The notes beneath the pieces were generated by a model. It made no database searches, had not been told where the DNA came from, and worked only from the letters and a program-made list of their open reading frames with translations. Position numbers and translations under genes: made by a program. 64,000 nt of DNA from Candidatus Parcubacteria bacterium. Lineage in GTDB: Bacteria; Patescibacteriota; Minisyncoccia; JACPXH01. Shown here piece by piece: positions 1-14,677 of the stretch; the stretch's first letter is position 1, and each line of letters opens with the position of its first letter. Location of the stretch: assembly GCA_016196625.1 (NCBI GenBank), contig JACPXH010000007.1, forward strand, positions 86,461-150,460, written 5' to 3'.

Positions 1-6283
<6,283 letters not shown>

Positions 6284-6314
6284 CCCGTGGTTCCTTTGGA
6301 GAGGAGGGAGAGTG

Positions 6315-6578
6315 ATGTTGAAGCGTCAAGCCGTTCGGCTTGCTAACAAGCACTGGGAAGTACGTCAGAAGCTGGCAGGGCAGGCTCGACGGAATCTGCT
6401 ACTCAAGCCAGCGACGCTCGAGCGGATTCAGGCGTTAGAGAGAGGCATGCGGCAGTACCTTCTTGAGCGTTTCAAGGCCGAGGAGCGGCTCGGGCCGTAT
6501 GTGGTGCGGATCGTCTCGGCGAACGGGCAAGAAGAGACGCTCGAGATTCTTGAGCCACAGCCGCCGGTCATCCGGTAG
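6315..6578 (+). CDS. hypothetical small protein (87 aa)
   Basis: ATG preceded by GGAGAGGAGGGAG RBS; first of four tandem small ORFs between gyrB and secE. Confidence 0.45.
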   Translation: MLKRQAVRLANKHWEVRQKLAGQARRNLLLKPATLERIQALERGMRQYLLERFKAEERLGPYVVRIVSANGQEETLEILEPQPPVIR

Positions 6579-6607
6579 CGCGCTCAGCGAGGAGGAGGTG
6601 AGGAGCG

Positions 6608-6799
6608 ATGTGGCAGAAGCTTCAGAGGTGGTGGAACAGGCAGTGGTGTGCAAGTCACGGGCATATCTATCCACCCAAGCTGGGGTTGCCGGACAGCGCA
6701 CTCGCTAGGACGCTCAAGGCAGGAGACAGTTGGGCAGATATGTCTAAACCATGCCAGCGTTGTGGGGTCACAGTTGCGTCGGCACCCAAGGCGGTCTGA
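6608..6799 (+). CDS. hypothetical small protein (63 aa)
   Basis: RBS GAGGAGGAGGTGAGG before ATG; overlaps next ORF frame so uncertain. Confidence 0.25.
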   Translation: MWQKLQRWWNRQWCASHGHIYPPKLGLPDSALARTLKAGDSWADMSKPCQRCGVTVASAPKAV

Positions 6800-6858
6800 C
6801 GAGAGCCGCGGAGCCAATGGACTCCGCGGCTCAATACTCAACAGAGGAGGAAATCGCA

Positions 6859-7122
6859 ATGGGTGTTATCAACGGTATCCGGGTTCAGGCGTTCACGGCA
6901 CGCTTCGTCGCCACCACGCCCGCCGGACAGGAGGAGGTTAGAGACGACGTGGTGGCCGCTTTTTTGGAGGCGTTTCTTGCCGGAGACGATACCATTAAGC
7001 GACCCGATTGCGATTTTGAGTTGGGGGAAGTGAAAGAGCAGCGCATCGAGGTCGTCCCGCGGGCTGAACTCCGGAGACTGCGTAGGGCGGCACGGAGGGG
7101 CGAAAAAGTCTCAACCCCCTAG
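6859..7122 (+). CDS. hypothetical small protein (87 aa)
   Basis: ATG at 6859 preceded by AGAGGAGGAAA RBS. Confidence 0.4.
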   Translation: MGVINGIRVQAFTARFVATTPAGQEEVRDDVVAAFLEAFLAGDDTIKRPDCDFELGEVKEQRIEVVPRAELRRLRRAARRGEKVSTP

Positions 7123-7343
7123 GGCCATGACCGCAGCCGTGCGACGGTACCGCCGCACGGCTGGCTAACTGTTTTAGCTATACATATTGCCATTTCCCCA
7201 TCCTCGAGGAAACCGCCATATGTGTGTGCACATTACCTGACTGGATTGACAACTGTATACTATGTAGTGTATTATAGGAGCGCGAACTGGTTTTTGGCTT
7301 CTAAACTGGTCTGTTGAATGCAGACCTAAAGAAGGAGGAACCG

Positions 7344-7607
7344 ATGGACGATGCGGTGAAGCGGGCGTTCGGGATCATGGCTGAGCAGATCTCGATTGCT
7401 CGAGATCTTTCTGAGAGGCGGGCTCTCAAGTTCCGGTCTGATGCCGGCGCGGATATCAGCAAGCACCGGCGCGACCAACATGGCCTCTACTGGGATTACA
7501 CCGGGTACCTCGATCAGGAAAGGAGGGACAAGGCGGAGATCGAGGCACTCCTCGGCCGGTTCGACCGCAACCAGAAGAAGCTCGCCGAGCTTCTCGGTAC
7601 GGTCTAG
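7344..7607 (+). CDS. hypothetical small protein (87 aa)
   Basis: AAGGAGGAACCG-ATG; upstream TTGACA-18-TATTAT promoter-like box in AT-rich spacer 7241-7275. Confidence 0.45.
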   Translation: MDDAVKRAFGIMAEQISIARDLSERRALKFRSDAGADISKHRRDQHGLYWDYTGYLDQERRDKAEIEALLGRFDRNQKKLAELLGTV

Positions 7608-7639
7608 CCGTCGTAGCCCCCGCGCATCATGTTTCTTCT

Positions 7640-7679
7640 GGGCCCTGCGCCAACTCGGTGCGGGGCCCCTTGCTTTTTA
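7640..7679 (+). terminator. stem-loop + T-tract (rho-independent terminator candidate)
   Basis: gggccctgcgcc/aactc/ggtgcggggccc followed by cttgcttttt. Confidence 0.4.
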
Positions 7680-7684
7680 TGGGG

Positions 7685-7713
7685 TTGACAGGCGCGCTGG
7701 CCGTTTATATACT
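7685..7713 (+). promoter_or_regulatory. sigma70-type promoter TTGACA-17-TATACT upstream of secE-nusG-rplK
   Basis: exact -35 hexamer and near-consensus -10 with 17-bp spacer. Confidence 0.45.
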
Positions 7714-7777
7714 GGAGGCACGATTGAGCCCGCGAGGGCTTTTTAAGTTAGCCAGATTGCGTATAATAGCAAGTACC

Positions 7778-7966
7778 ATGTGGCAGCGCATTGTAACCTA
7801 TCTCCAGGAGGCGCGGTCCGAGTTTGCCAAAGTAAACTGGCCCACGCGCCGGCAGACCATCAACTACACGCTCGTCGTGATCGGTTTTTCGCTCGCGATG
7901 GCGGTATTTCTGGGCGCGTTGGATGCGCTTTTTGCGTTCATCGTGCAGCGGATTCTAAATCGGTAA
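7778..7966 (+). CDS. secE: preprotein translocase subunit SecE
   Basis: single TM segment ...TINYTLVVIGFSLAMAVFLGALDALFAFIV; position immediately before nusG; TATAAT 11 nt upstream of ATG and no SD (possibly leaderless). Confidence 0.8.
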   Translation: MWQRIVTYLQEARSEFAKVNWPTRRQTINYTLVVIGFSLAMAVFLGALDALFAFIVQRILNR

Positions 7967-7996
7967 AGTTCGCTTCTCCCTGAACCTTGAAGAATT

Positions 7997-8542
7997 ATGC
8001 CGAAGCAAGCATCAGAACTTGGTCGTAACTGGTACGTGTTACACACGTACTCCGGCTATGAAGATGCCGTCGCGCGCAACTTGAAGCAGCGCATTGAGTC
8101 GTTGGGTATGGAGGGCAAAATATTCAATGTTCTTGTGCCCAAGGAAAAAAAGATTCGCATCAAGAACGGTAAGCGCCGGGTGGTTGAAGAACGGATTTAT
8201 CCCGGTTATGTCTTGGTTGAGATGATTGTAACGGACGATTCGTGGTACGTGGTGCGCAATACCCCGCGGGTTACCGGCTTCGTGGGTTCGGGCACCACGC
8301 CGACAGCCATAGACAAGAAAGAGGTTGAGGAGCTGCAGCGGCGCATGGGCGTAACGGAGCCTAAGTACAAGGTTGACGTTGCGGTCGGCGATCAGGTCAA
8401 AATTACTGACGGTGCTTTCAGGGACTATGAAGGCAAGGTGTCCGAGGTGGACGAAGAAAAAGGGAAGGTGAAAGTATTGGTTTCGATGTTCGGCCGTGAA
8501 ACTCCGGTCGAGTTGGATTTCCTTCAAATAAAAAAGCTTTAG
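7997..8542 (+). CDS. nusG: transcription termination/antitermination factor NusG
   Basis: NGN + KOW domains (WYVLHTYSGYE..., GDQVKITDGAFRDYEGKV). Confidence 0.9.
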   Translation: MPKQASELGRNWYVLHTYSGYEDAVARNLKQRIESLGMEGKIFNVLVPKEKKIRIKNGKRRVVEERIYPGYVLVEMIVTDDSWYVVRNTPRVTGFVGSGTTPTAIDKKEVEELQRRMGVTEPKYKVDVAVGDQVKITDGAFRDYEGKVSEVDEEKGKVKVLVSMFGRETPVELDFLQIKKL

Positions 8543-8545
8543 GCC

Positions 8546-8971
8546 ATGGCAAAAGCGATCAAAGCGCAGGTAAAACTGCAGATTCCGGCTGGCGCAGCGA
8601 CGCCGGCTCCGCCCGTGGGCACTGCCCTCGGGCCGCACGGCATCAACCTGCAAGAGTTCTGCGCCCGCTTTAACGAGGCCACGCGCGACAAGGCCGGCGA
8701 CATTATTCCGACGATCGTCACGATCTACGAAGACCGCTCGTTCTCTCTCGTTTACAAATCGTCGCCTGCAGCTGAACTCCTCAAAAAAGCGGCCGGGGTG
8801 GAGAAGGGTTCGGGCGAGCCCCACAAAAGCAAAGTCGGTAAAGTCACGCAGGCTCAGGTGCGCGAGATTGCGGAAAAGAAAATGGCGGATCTCTCTGCTC
8901 ACGATCCCAGCGCGGCAGCAAAAATCATCGAAGGCACGGCGCGGTCAATGGGGCTGGACGTCATAGAGTGA
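8546..8971 (+). CDS. rplK: 50S ribosomal protein L11
   Basis: [36 protein letters not shown].. Confidence 0.95.
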   Translation: MAKAIKAQVKLQIPAGAATPAPPVGTALGPHGINLQEFCARFNEATRDKAGDIIPTIVTIYEDRSFSLVYKSSPAAELLKKAAGVEKGSGEPHKSKVGKVTQAQVREIAEKKMADLSAHDPSAAAKIIEGTARSMGLDVIE

Positions 8972-9167
8972 CGTCGTCCGATCTTTGCTGTACCAGCAAA
9001 GATTTAGGGGATTGAGGTTGAGTGAGCCCGCGCTGGCGTGGGCGAAAGAAACCCCGCATGAAGCTTTTCCTTGAGAGTGCTGCGAAGAATGGGAGAGCCG
9101 TAGGCGAGTTCCGAGGGAAAGACGTCCCTCGAGCTTTCGTGCGGGGTGGAGTGAATCTCGTATTTGT

Positions 9168-9205
9168 GAGCAGGCTCCGCGCTTGTACAAGCGCGGAGCC
9201 TGCTC
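9168..9205. repeat. perfect 38-bp palindrome (17-bp arms, gtac centre); bidirectional terminator or protein-binding site
   Basis: gagcaggctccgcgctt-gtac-aagcgcggagcctgctc; a second 9-bp-stem hairpin at 8981-9003. Confidence 0.4.
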
Positions 9206-9275
9206 TTGTGCTTCATGGCGCAAGTCCCTACTATTTGTCTAAACCGTTGTGGGGCGAGGGCCCAAGGAGGGTAAA

Positions 9276-9968
9276 ATGCTCCTTTCCAACACGCCGATTC
9301 TTCGGCACATGGCAGCCGGGAACATCGTCATTGACCCGTTCGATCGAGCACAGCTCAAGAACGTTAGTTATGATGTACGGCTTGGAGAATGGTTTTGGCG
9401 TATAGATCCGGGCGGACCAGGCTCCGCTATCTTTAACCCATTCAACCGTGCTGCTATGACTAAGTTATGGTCCGGCCCTCACCGCGCTGAGCGCGCGGCT
9501 GATATGATCGCGCGTTTGCACAGGGTGCCGGCAAAAGAATGGGACGGCATCCGACCAGACGACCTTGTCATTCTGCTCGCTCCCGGAGAGATGATCCTCG
9601 GGCACACCGAGGAATTCATCGGCGGACGTCAGGTCTGCACCGCTCATGTGCAGGCCCGGTCTTCTGCCGGTCGGAGCTTGCTTACCGTCTGTGAAGATGC
9701 GGGTTGGGGCGACGTGGGGTATATTAACCGCTGGACGCTCGAGATCCGCAATAAGTCGCTCCACTACTGGATTCCGCTGGTGGTGGGCGAGCGGTATGCG
9801 CAGATGGTTTTCTCCCAAGTGGAGGCGCCTCTCCCAGGCACTGCATACGGTCAGACGGGCAAGTATCAGCGCGGCACGACCTTGGAGGAGGTTAAGGCTG
9901 CTTGGCGACCGGAAGATATGCTGCCAAGGATGTACCTCGATCGAGAGGAGAAGGAGGCGAGGTTATGA
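9276..9968 (+). CDS. dCTP deaminase/dUTPase-fold protein (long form)
   Basis: IVIDPF, VSYDVRLG, QARSSAGRSLL, GWGDVGYINRWTLEIRN motifs of the Dcd/Dut beta-clip trimer family. Confidence 0.75.
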   Translation: MLLSNTPILRHMAAGNIVIDPFDRAQLKNVSYDVRLGEWFWRIDPGGPGSAIFNPFNRAAMTKLWSGPHRAERAADMIARLHRVPAKEWDGIRPDDLVILLAPGEMILGHTEEFIGGRQVCTAHVQARSSAGRSLLTVCEDAGWGDVGYINRWTLEIRNKSLHYWIPLVVGERYAQMVFSQVEAPLPGTAYGQTGKYQRGTTLEEVKAAWRPEDMLPRMYLDREEKEARL

Positions 9969-10537
9969 GTCAGGTCGGTCTGCTCTGTGACGCACAGATT
10001 CGGGCGTTGGCGCAAGAAGGGATGATAGAGCCGTTCTCCGAGGCGGTTCGCACAAAGGGAATCATCTCTTACGGGCTCGACTCCTACGGCTACGACTTCC
10101 GACTTGGTGGAGAAGCGTGGGCGTTTAGCGATGTCGGTACCGGCGGCTCGCTGCCCGTTGATCCGAAGCGCTTCGATACGAAACTCTACTTCCCGTTCCG
10201 CCTCGATGATCCGTACGCGGTCCCGCCGCGGGGGTTCGTGCTTGGGCTGTCGGTCGAGCGCTTCAAGATTCCGCGCGGCATCATGGTCATCGGCGCAGGC
10301 AAGACGACGTATGCCCGGAGCGGGGTCATCGTACAGGTAACGCCACTCAACCCGGAGTGGGAAGGCGTGCTCATGCTTTCGATCAGCAATGCCTCGCCCC
10401 ATCCCGTGCTGATCTATCCGCGCGAAGGGATCGCGAAGCTCCTGTTCTTTCGGGCCGAAGCGACCTGCGAGTCTTCCTACGTGGAGCTCGGCGGCAAGTA
10501 CCAGGGCCAGGAGGGCATCGTTGGTCCTCGGGTGTGA
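9965..10537 (+). CDS. dcd: dCTP deaminase-like protein (Dcd or same-fold dUTPase), overlapping upstream gene by 4 bp
   Basis: ISYGLDSYGYDFRLG, GKTTYARSGV, NPEWEGVLMLSISN, KYQGQEG aligned by eye to E. coli Dcd. Confidence 0.75.
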   Translation: MSQVGLLCDAQIRALAQEGMIEPFSEAVRTKGIISYGLDSYGYDFRLGGEAWAFSDVGTGGSLPVDPKRFDTKLYFPFRLDDPYAVPPRGFVLGLSVERFKIPRGIMVIGAGKTTYARSGVIVQVTPLNPEWEGVLMLSISNASPHPVLIYPREGIAKLLFFRAEATCESSYVELGGKYQGQEGIVGPRV

Positions 10538-10688
10538 TTGAATCGAGGCGGGGACGCAGAGCGTTCCCGCCTCTTCCATTTCGTGATAGCGCGTGGTATT
10601 GAAATGGAGGACGTGTTTCTTGACAGCGATGGTTGCCTGAAGTGGCATCCAGTAGGATGCCCGCAGCTCACCCGAAGGGAGGAACGAG

Positions 10689-12323
10689 ATGGCGAATTTT
10701 ACGAACGAAGAGGTACGGCTCCTGAGCGAGTTCGTGTCGGATCCACGCGGGAACGTCTTCGCCGTATTTCCGCACAAGATGCCCGGGATGATCGGGGCGG
10801 CGTATGCCCGTTACAGCCGTGCCCGTGGCGGACTTCGAGAAACGTTGCTTAAAGAGTTCATCAGGGCCGGCGTGCTCGATGCGCGCCACGCCGATGAGCT
10901 CATCCAGCGTATTCTCATCGTTTACGGCGATGACTCGGTCCAGGAACTGGAGTCAGCGTGGCTCTCGCTTGAGGGGATCTCGAATCTCGCGACAAAGGTG
11001 GTTGAGGATCGGCGGTTGGGCGGCTACATCGAACAGTCGTCGCGGTACGTGTTCTACGATCAGCGCGATGAGCAGGGACGCTTCCGATACCTCCGTGAGC
11101 CGACCATCATGGCGTCCCCGTATGGCGCGCGTTACGAAGCGGTGATGGATGCGGTCTTCGGCACGTATTGTTGGCTCATCGAGCCGATGCAGGAGTACTT
11201 CCGGCGGCGCAAGCCCCTTGAGGCAGCCGAGTACGAAATTCGTGCCGATCGCGGCAAGATGCGCTACGCCGACTGCCGCGATGATCAAGAGCGCAATGAC
11301 TTCAAGACGACCTGGCGGTTCGACATCCGCGCGAAGGCCTGCGATACGATTCGGATTCTCTTGCCCGCTTCCACGCTCACGAACGTGGGCATGCACGCGA
11401 ACGGGCGTACCTTCGAACACATGCTTCGGCATCTGTACTCGAGCGATCTTCTCGAGATGCAGCAGCTCGCGGTGCAAGCCCACGCGGCACTCAACACGGT
11501 GATTCCGCGTTATGTAGAGCGGGCTCGGCGGAGCGAGTACCTCGTCGAGACGCGTCGCGCCATGCAGGTGCTCGCGGACGCATTACTCGACCGCGTCACA
11601 CCGGAGCCAGCTGCCGCAGTTACGGTTACCGAGGGGTCGTACGAGTGGACGCGGCAGCTGGCGGCGATGCTGTATCCGTACAGCGAACATTCGCTCGAGC
11701 AGCTCACACAGTTCACGCGGTGGGACATCTCGCCCGAACAGCAGTGGCGTATCTATGATACGTACATCGGGAACCGCCGCACGCGGCGGGATCGGCCGGG
11801 TCGGGCGCTCGAGTTCGGATATCCTTGGTTCGTTGATCTAGTGATTGATTTCGGGATTTACCGAGATCTACACCGCCATCGGATGTTGACACAGCAGCGT
11901 CAACGCATCACGACGCGCCTGGGCTTCTGCGAAATCCCCGAGGCAATCGTGGAAGCGGGGTTCCGGAGCGATGTCGAGGCGTGTGCCGAGCAGTCTGCCG
12001 AGCTCTACGAGGCGGTTCGCGTCGATCTCGGATCCGAGGTGGCGCAGTACTGTGCGCTTTTCGGACACAACATCCGGTGCTGCTTCGCGTTCAATGACCG
12101 TGAGGCGCAACACCTCCTTGAATTGCGCACCGGACCGCAGGGGCACCAAGGCTACCGCAGGATCTGTCAAGAGATCTATCGGCAGATGCGGGTGGTGGAT
12201 CCTGTCGGCCCGCTGCGCGTTGAACGGTTCATGAAGTTCGTGGACCTCAACGATTACGACTGGCCGCGCGCTGATTCCGAAGCGCGCCAGCGGGCAAAGG
12301 AGGCGAAACTCGGAAGTGAATAA
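10689..12323 (+). CDS. thyX: FAD-dependent thymidylate synthase ThyX-like, long (544 aa) form
   Basis: N-terminal ...GNVFAVFPHKMPGMIGAAYARYSRA (cf. ThyX ...AARVSF), central DLHRHRM (RHR motif), C-terminal LRTGPQGHQGYRRICQEIY (cf. LRADSHAQWEIQQYA); context next to dcd genes. Confidence 0.6.
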   Translation: MANFTNEEVRLLSEFVSDPRGNVFAVFPHKMPGMIGAAYARYSRARGGLRETLLKEFIRAGVLDARHADELIQRILIVYGDDSVQELESAWLSLEGISNLATKVVEDRRLGGYIEQSSRYVFYDQRDEQGRFRYLREPTIMASPYGARYEAVMDAVFGTYCWLIEPMQEYFRRRKPLEAAEYEIRADRGKMRYADCRDDQERNDFKTTWRFDIRAKACDTIRILLPASTLTNVGMHANGRTFEHMLRHLYSSDLLEMQQLAVQAHAALNTVIPRYVERARRSEYLVETRRAMQVLADALLDRVTPEPAAAVTVTEGSYEWTRQLAAMLYPYSEHSLEQLTQFTRWDISPEQQWRIYDTYIGNRRTRRDRPGRALEFGYPWFVDLVIDFGIYRDLHRHRMLTQQRQRITTRLGFCEIPEAIVEAGFRSDVEACAEQSAELYEAVRVDLGSEVAQYCALFGHNIRCCFAFNDREAQHLLELRTGPQGHQGYRRICQEIYRQMRVVDPVGPLRVERFMKFVDLNDYDWPRADSEARQRAKEAKLGSE

Positions 12324-12347
12324 CCCCACTGTTCATTAGCGATATAC

Positions 12348-12400
12348 GCCCCGCGCGCAGCCCGAGTTTCGAGGGATTGCGCGCGGGGCGTTTTCTTTTC
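12348..12400 (+). terminator. rho-independent terminator after thyX
   Basis: cgccccgcgcgc...gcgcgcggggcg + ttttctttt. Confidence 0.7.
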
Positions 12401-12465
12401 TATGCTGGGGATGATCGGACGTTCGAGGGGATGTGGGTGTGTCGTCATACAGCGGAGGGTGGCGT

Positions 12466-12735
12466 ATGGAGCGGATGGCGAAGTTAGCGGCGCCGCGGAA
12501 GGGCCGGCTTGAAGCGGGCAAACCGAGCGTAATCATTCGCGTACTCGATCTGGTGCAGCTCCATCAGGCGGAGCAAGGCGGGCATTGCATTGAATACCGC
12601 CGGTTGCGCTTTCTTGCTCGGCAACACGATCCCCAGCTTCTCGAGCGAGGACGGATCGGATGGGGGCTGTGGTTTTTGGTGCGTCAAGGGCATCTGCGTC
12701 GCGTCAAGCACCAGCTGTATCAAATCATTGAGTAG
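12466..12735 (+). CDS. hypothetical arginine-rich small protein (89 aa)
   Basis: GGAGGG RBS; followed by cccggg..cccggg hairpin + T7 tract at 12728-12765; overlapped by an equally long antisense ORF so uncertain. Confidence 0.25.
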   Translation: MERMAKLAAPRKGRLEAGKPSVIIRVLDLVQLHQAEQGGHCIEYRRLRFLARQHDPQLLERGRIGWGLWFLVRQGHLRRVKHQLYQIIE

Positions 12736-12809
12736 CGCTCCCGGGTCAGCAATGGCCCGGGCATCTTTTTTCTTGCGCAAGAGCGTGGTATCGTTCAGTC
12801 GGATACGCT

Positions 12810-14480
12810 ATGGCGAACTATCAGCCCATCATTGGCCTTGAGATTCACGTGCATCTTCGTACCCGTACGAAGATGTTCTGCGGGTCGTTGAATGATCCGG
12901 ATGAAAAACACCCGAACATTAATGTCTGCCCCATCTGTTTGGGTCATCCGGGAACGCTCCCCGTGCCGAATAAGCAGGCGATTGAATACGTGATCAAAAC
13001 GGGGTTGGCGCTTGGCTCGCAGATTGCCGAGATTTCAAAGTTTGATCGCAAGAACTACTTTTATCCGGATTTACCGAAGGGGTATCAGATATCCCAATAT
13101 GATATGCCGTTTTGTGTTGGCGGGGAGATTACTCTTGAGAAATCCGAAACAAATCCCAATTTCCAAAACGCAAATACTGGAAAATCACAAATCACAAATC
13201 ACAAATCACAAACAAATTCCAATCTCCAAAATCCCAAAACGATACGGATCCGGCGGATCCATCTGGAAGAGGATGCTGGCAAGATTATTCATCTTGTGGG
13301 GCCGGCAAAGCTATCCGGAGATTTATCCCCGCAGGAGATGATTGAAGCTATGCAAAAGACCGAAACAGTCAAAAAGGTTTCGCTGATTGATTTCAACCGT
13401 GCTGGCGTGCCGCTCATGGAGCTGGTAACCGAACCGGATTTGAGCTCCGGCGAGGAGGCGCGAAGATTCTGCGAAGAGTTGCAGCTTATTTTGCGCTACC
13501 TTGGCGTGGCGACAGCAGACATGGAGAAAGGCGAGATGCGCTGCGAGGTTAATTTGTCCTTGCGGCCAGGCTTCGACGGTGAGCTCAGCCGAACCGCTCA
13601 GGGCGAACGCACGAGTCTCGGCACCAAAGTGGAAGTGAAGAACCTCAACTCGTTCCGCGCCGTGGAACGGGCGATTAACTACGAGATTGTGCGTCAGGAT
13701 AAGCTTCTGGAGCGTGGCGAGAAGGTTGTGCAAGAGACGCGCGGGTGGGACGAGGGCAAGGGCGTAACCGTAAGTCAGCGCACGAAAGAAGAAGCAGAAG
13801 ACTATCGCTACTTTTCCGAACCCGACATTCCCCCACTGCGCCTCGACAAATCGAAAGGAGGCGCGTTCGATCTCGCGGAGATGCGCCGGCATCTGCCCGA
13901 ACTGCCGCAGGCCAAACGCGAACGCTTCAGTCGGGAGTATGGACTGCCGGTTAGGGACGTGGACGTGCTCGTGCGAAACCGGGCACTCGGCGACTTCTTC
14001 GAGCGGGCGGCGAGTGAACTGGGCGCGTGGAAAGAAGCGAAAGGACAGCCGGGCGTATCGCCGATTAAGCTTGCCGCGAACTATCTCATTACTGATCTTG
14101 TCAGGACGTTGCGGGAGGAGGGGGTTGAGCCCGAGGCGATGCGGTTAACCCCTGAGAATTTTGCGGAGTTCACAACGTTCGTGCATGGCGGGGTAATTTC
14201 ATCGTCCGCGGCTAAGCTTGTGCTTGCGCGTATGGTTAAGACCGGCGAGGACCCCACGGCGATTGTGGGCGCCGAGGGGTTGGAGCAGGTGAGCGACGCG
14301 GATGCGCTGCGCGAGGTGGTGCGCCAAGTGGTCGCGGCCAATCCGAAGCCGGTCGCGGATTACGCCGCAGGTAAGCGCGAGGCCTTGCAAGCGCTTGTGG
14401 GTTTGGTAATGAAAGAAACAAAAGGTCGCGCAAATCCGGCCGTCGCCGCGCGGCTCATTGAAGAGCTGCTCGCCGCATGA
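12810..14480 (+). CDS. gatB: Asp-tRNA(Asn)/Glu-tRNA(Gln) amidotransferase subunit B with low-complexity in-frame insertion
   Basis: MANYQPIIGLEIHVHL...CPICLGHPGTLPV...IRIRRIHLEEDAGK; insertion KSETNPNFQNANTGKSQITNHKSQTNSNLQNPKT. Confidence 0.95.
   Translation: MANYQPIIGLEIHVHLRTRTKMFCGSLNDPDEKHPNINVCPICLGHPGTLPVPNKQAIEYVIKTGLALGSQIAEISKFDRKNYFYPDLPKGYQISQYDMPFCVGGEITLEKSETNPNFQNANTGKSQITNHKSQTNSNLQNPKTIRIRRIHLEEDAGKIIHLVGPAKLSGDLSPQEMIEAMQKTETVKKVSLIDFNRAGVPLMELVTEPDLSSGEEARRFCEELQLILRYLGVATADMEKGEMRCEVNLSLRPGFDGELSRTAQGERTSLGTKVEVKNLNSFRAVERAINYEIVRQDKLLERGEKVVQETRGWDEGKGVTVSQRTKEEAEDYRYFSEPDIPPLRLDKSKGGAFDLAEMRRHLPELPQAKRERFSREYGLPVRDVDVLVRNRALGDFFERAASELGAWKEAKGQPGVSPIKLAANYLITDLVRTLREEGVEPEAMRLTPENFAEFTTFVHGGVISSSAAKLVLARMVKTGEDPTAIVGAEGLEQVSDADALREVVRQVVAANPKPVADYAAGKREALQALVGLVMKETKGRANPAVAARLIEELLAA
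13170..13245 (+). repeat. AT-rich tandem repeat (aaatcaca x4 and related units) lying in-frame inside gatB
   Basis: aaatcacaaatcacaaatcacaaacaaattccaatctccaaaatcccaaaac. Confidence 0.6.
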
Positions 14481-14526
14481 GATTTAGCTGGTTCTTCCGG
14501 CAGGGGCGGTTGCCCCAGGAGGGCGC

Positions 14527-14646
14527 ATGGTGCGAGGAAAAGTCGTGTTCGGCGTGATCGGAGCGGCGTTGTTCATTGGTATGCTCGGTTGCCTCATCTA
14601 CCTCATTCGTTTGGGAATAACGGATGGGTTTGGGGCGTTTTGGTGA
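14527..14646 (+). CDS. possible 39-aa hydrophobic peptide
   Basis: CCAGGAGGGCGC-ATG; MVRGKVVFGVIGAALFIGMLGCLIYLIRLGITDGFGAFW; followed by hairpin 14649-14673. Confidence 0.2.
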   Translation: MVRGKVVFGVIGAALFIGMLGCLIYLIRLGITDGFGAFW

Positions 14647-14648
14647 GG

Positions 14649-14673
14649 AGCCCGGCCGCAAAGCGGCCGGGCT
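14649..14673. terminator. bidirectional hairpin between small ORF and miaA
   Basis: agcccggccgc-aaa-gcggccgggct. Confidence 0.4.
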
Positions 14674-14677
14674 GAAC

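Noticed and set aside
7620-7777. tRNA (e.g. tRNA-Trp) between the small-ORF cluster and secE, as in many secE-nusG loci
   Set aside because: No cloverleaf can be drawn: there is no T-loop GTTCGAAT-like box and no acceptor complementarity.
8039-8902. Long antisense ORFs overlapping nusG/rplK (and similar ones: 9866-10777 -, 16040-16783 +, 56257-57003 -, 59086-60063 -, 60070-60669 -, 61140-61706 -)
   Set aside because: They are typical high-GC wrong-strand artefacts: R/P/S/A-rich, with no RBS, and fully overlap genes that have clear conserved-family motifs.
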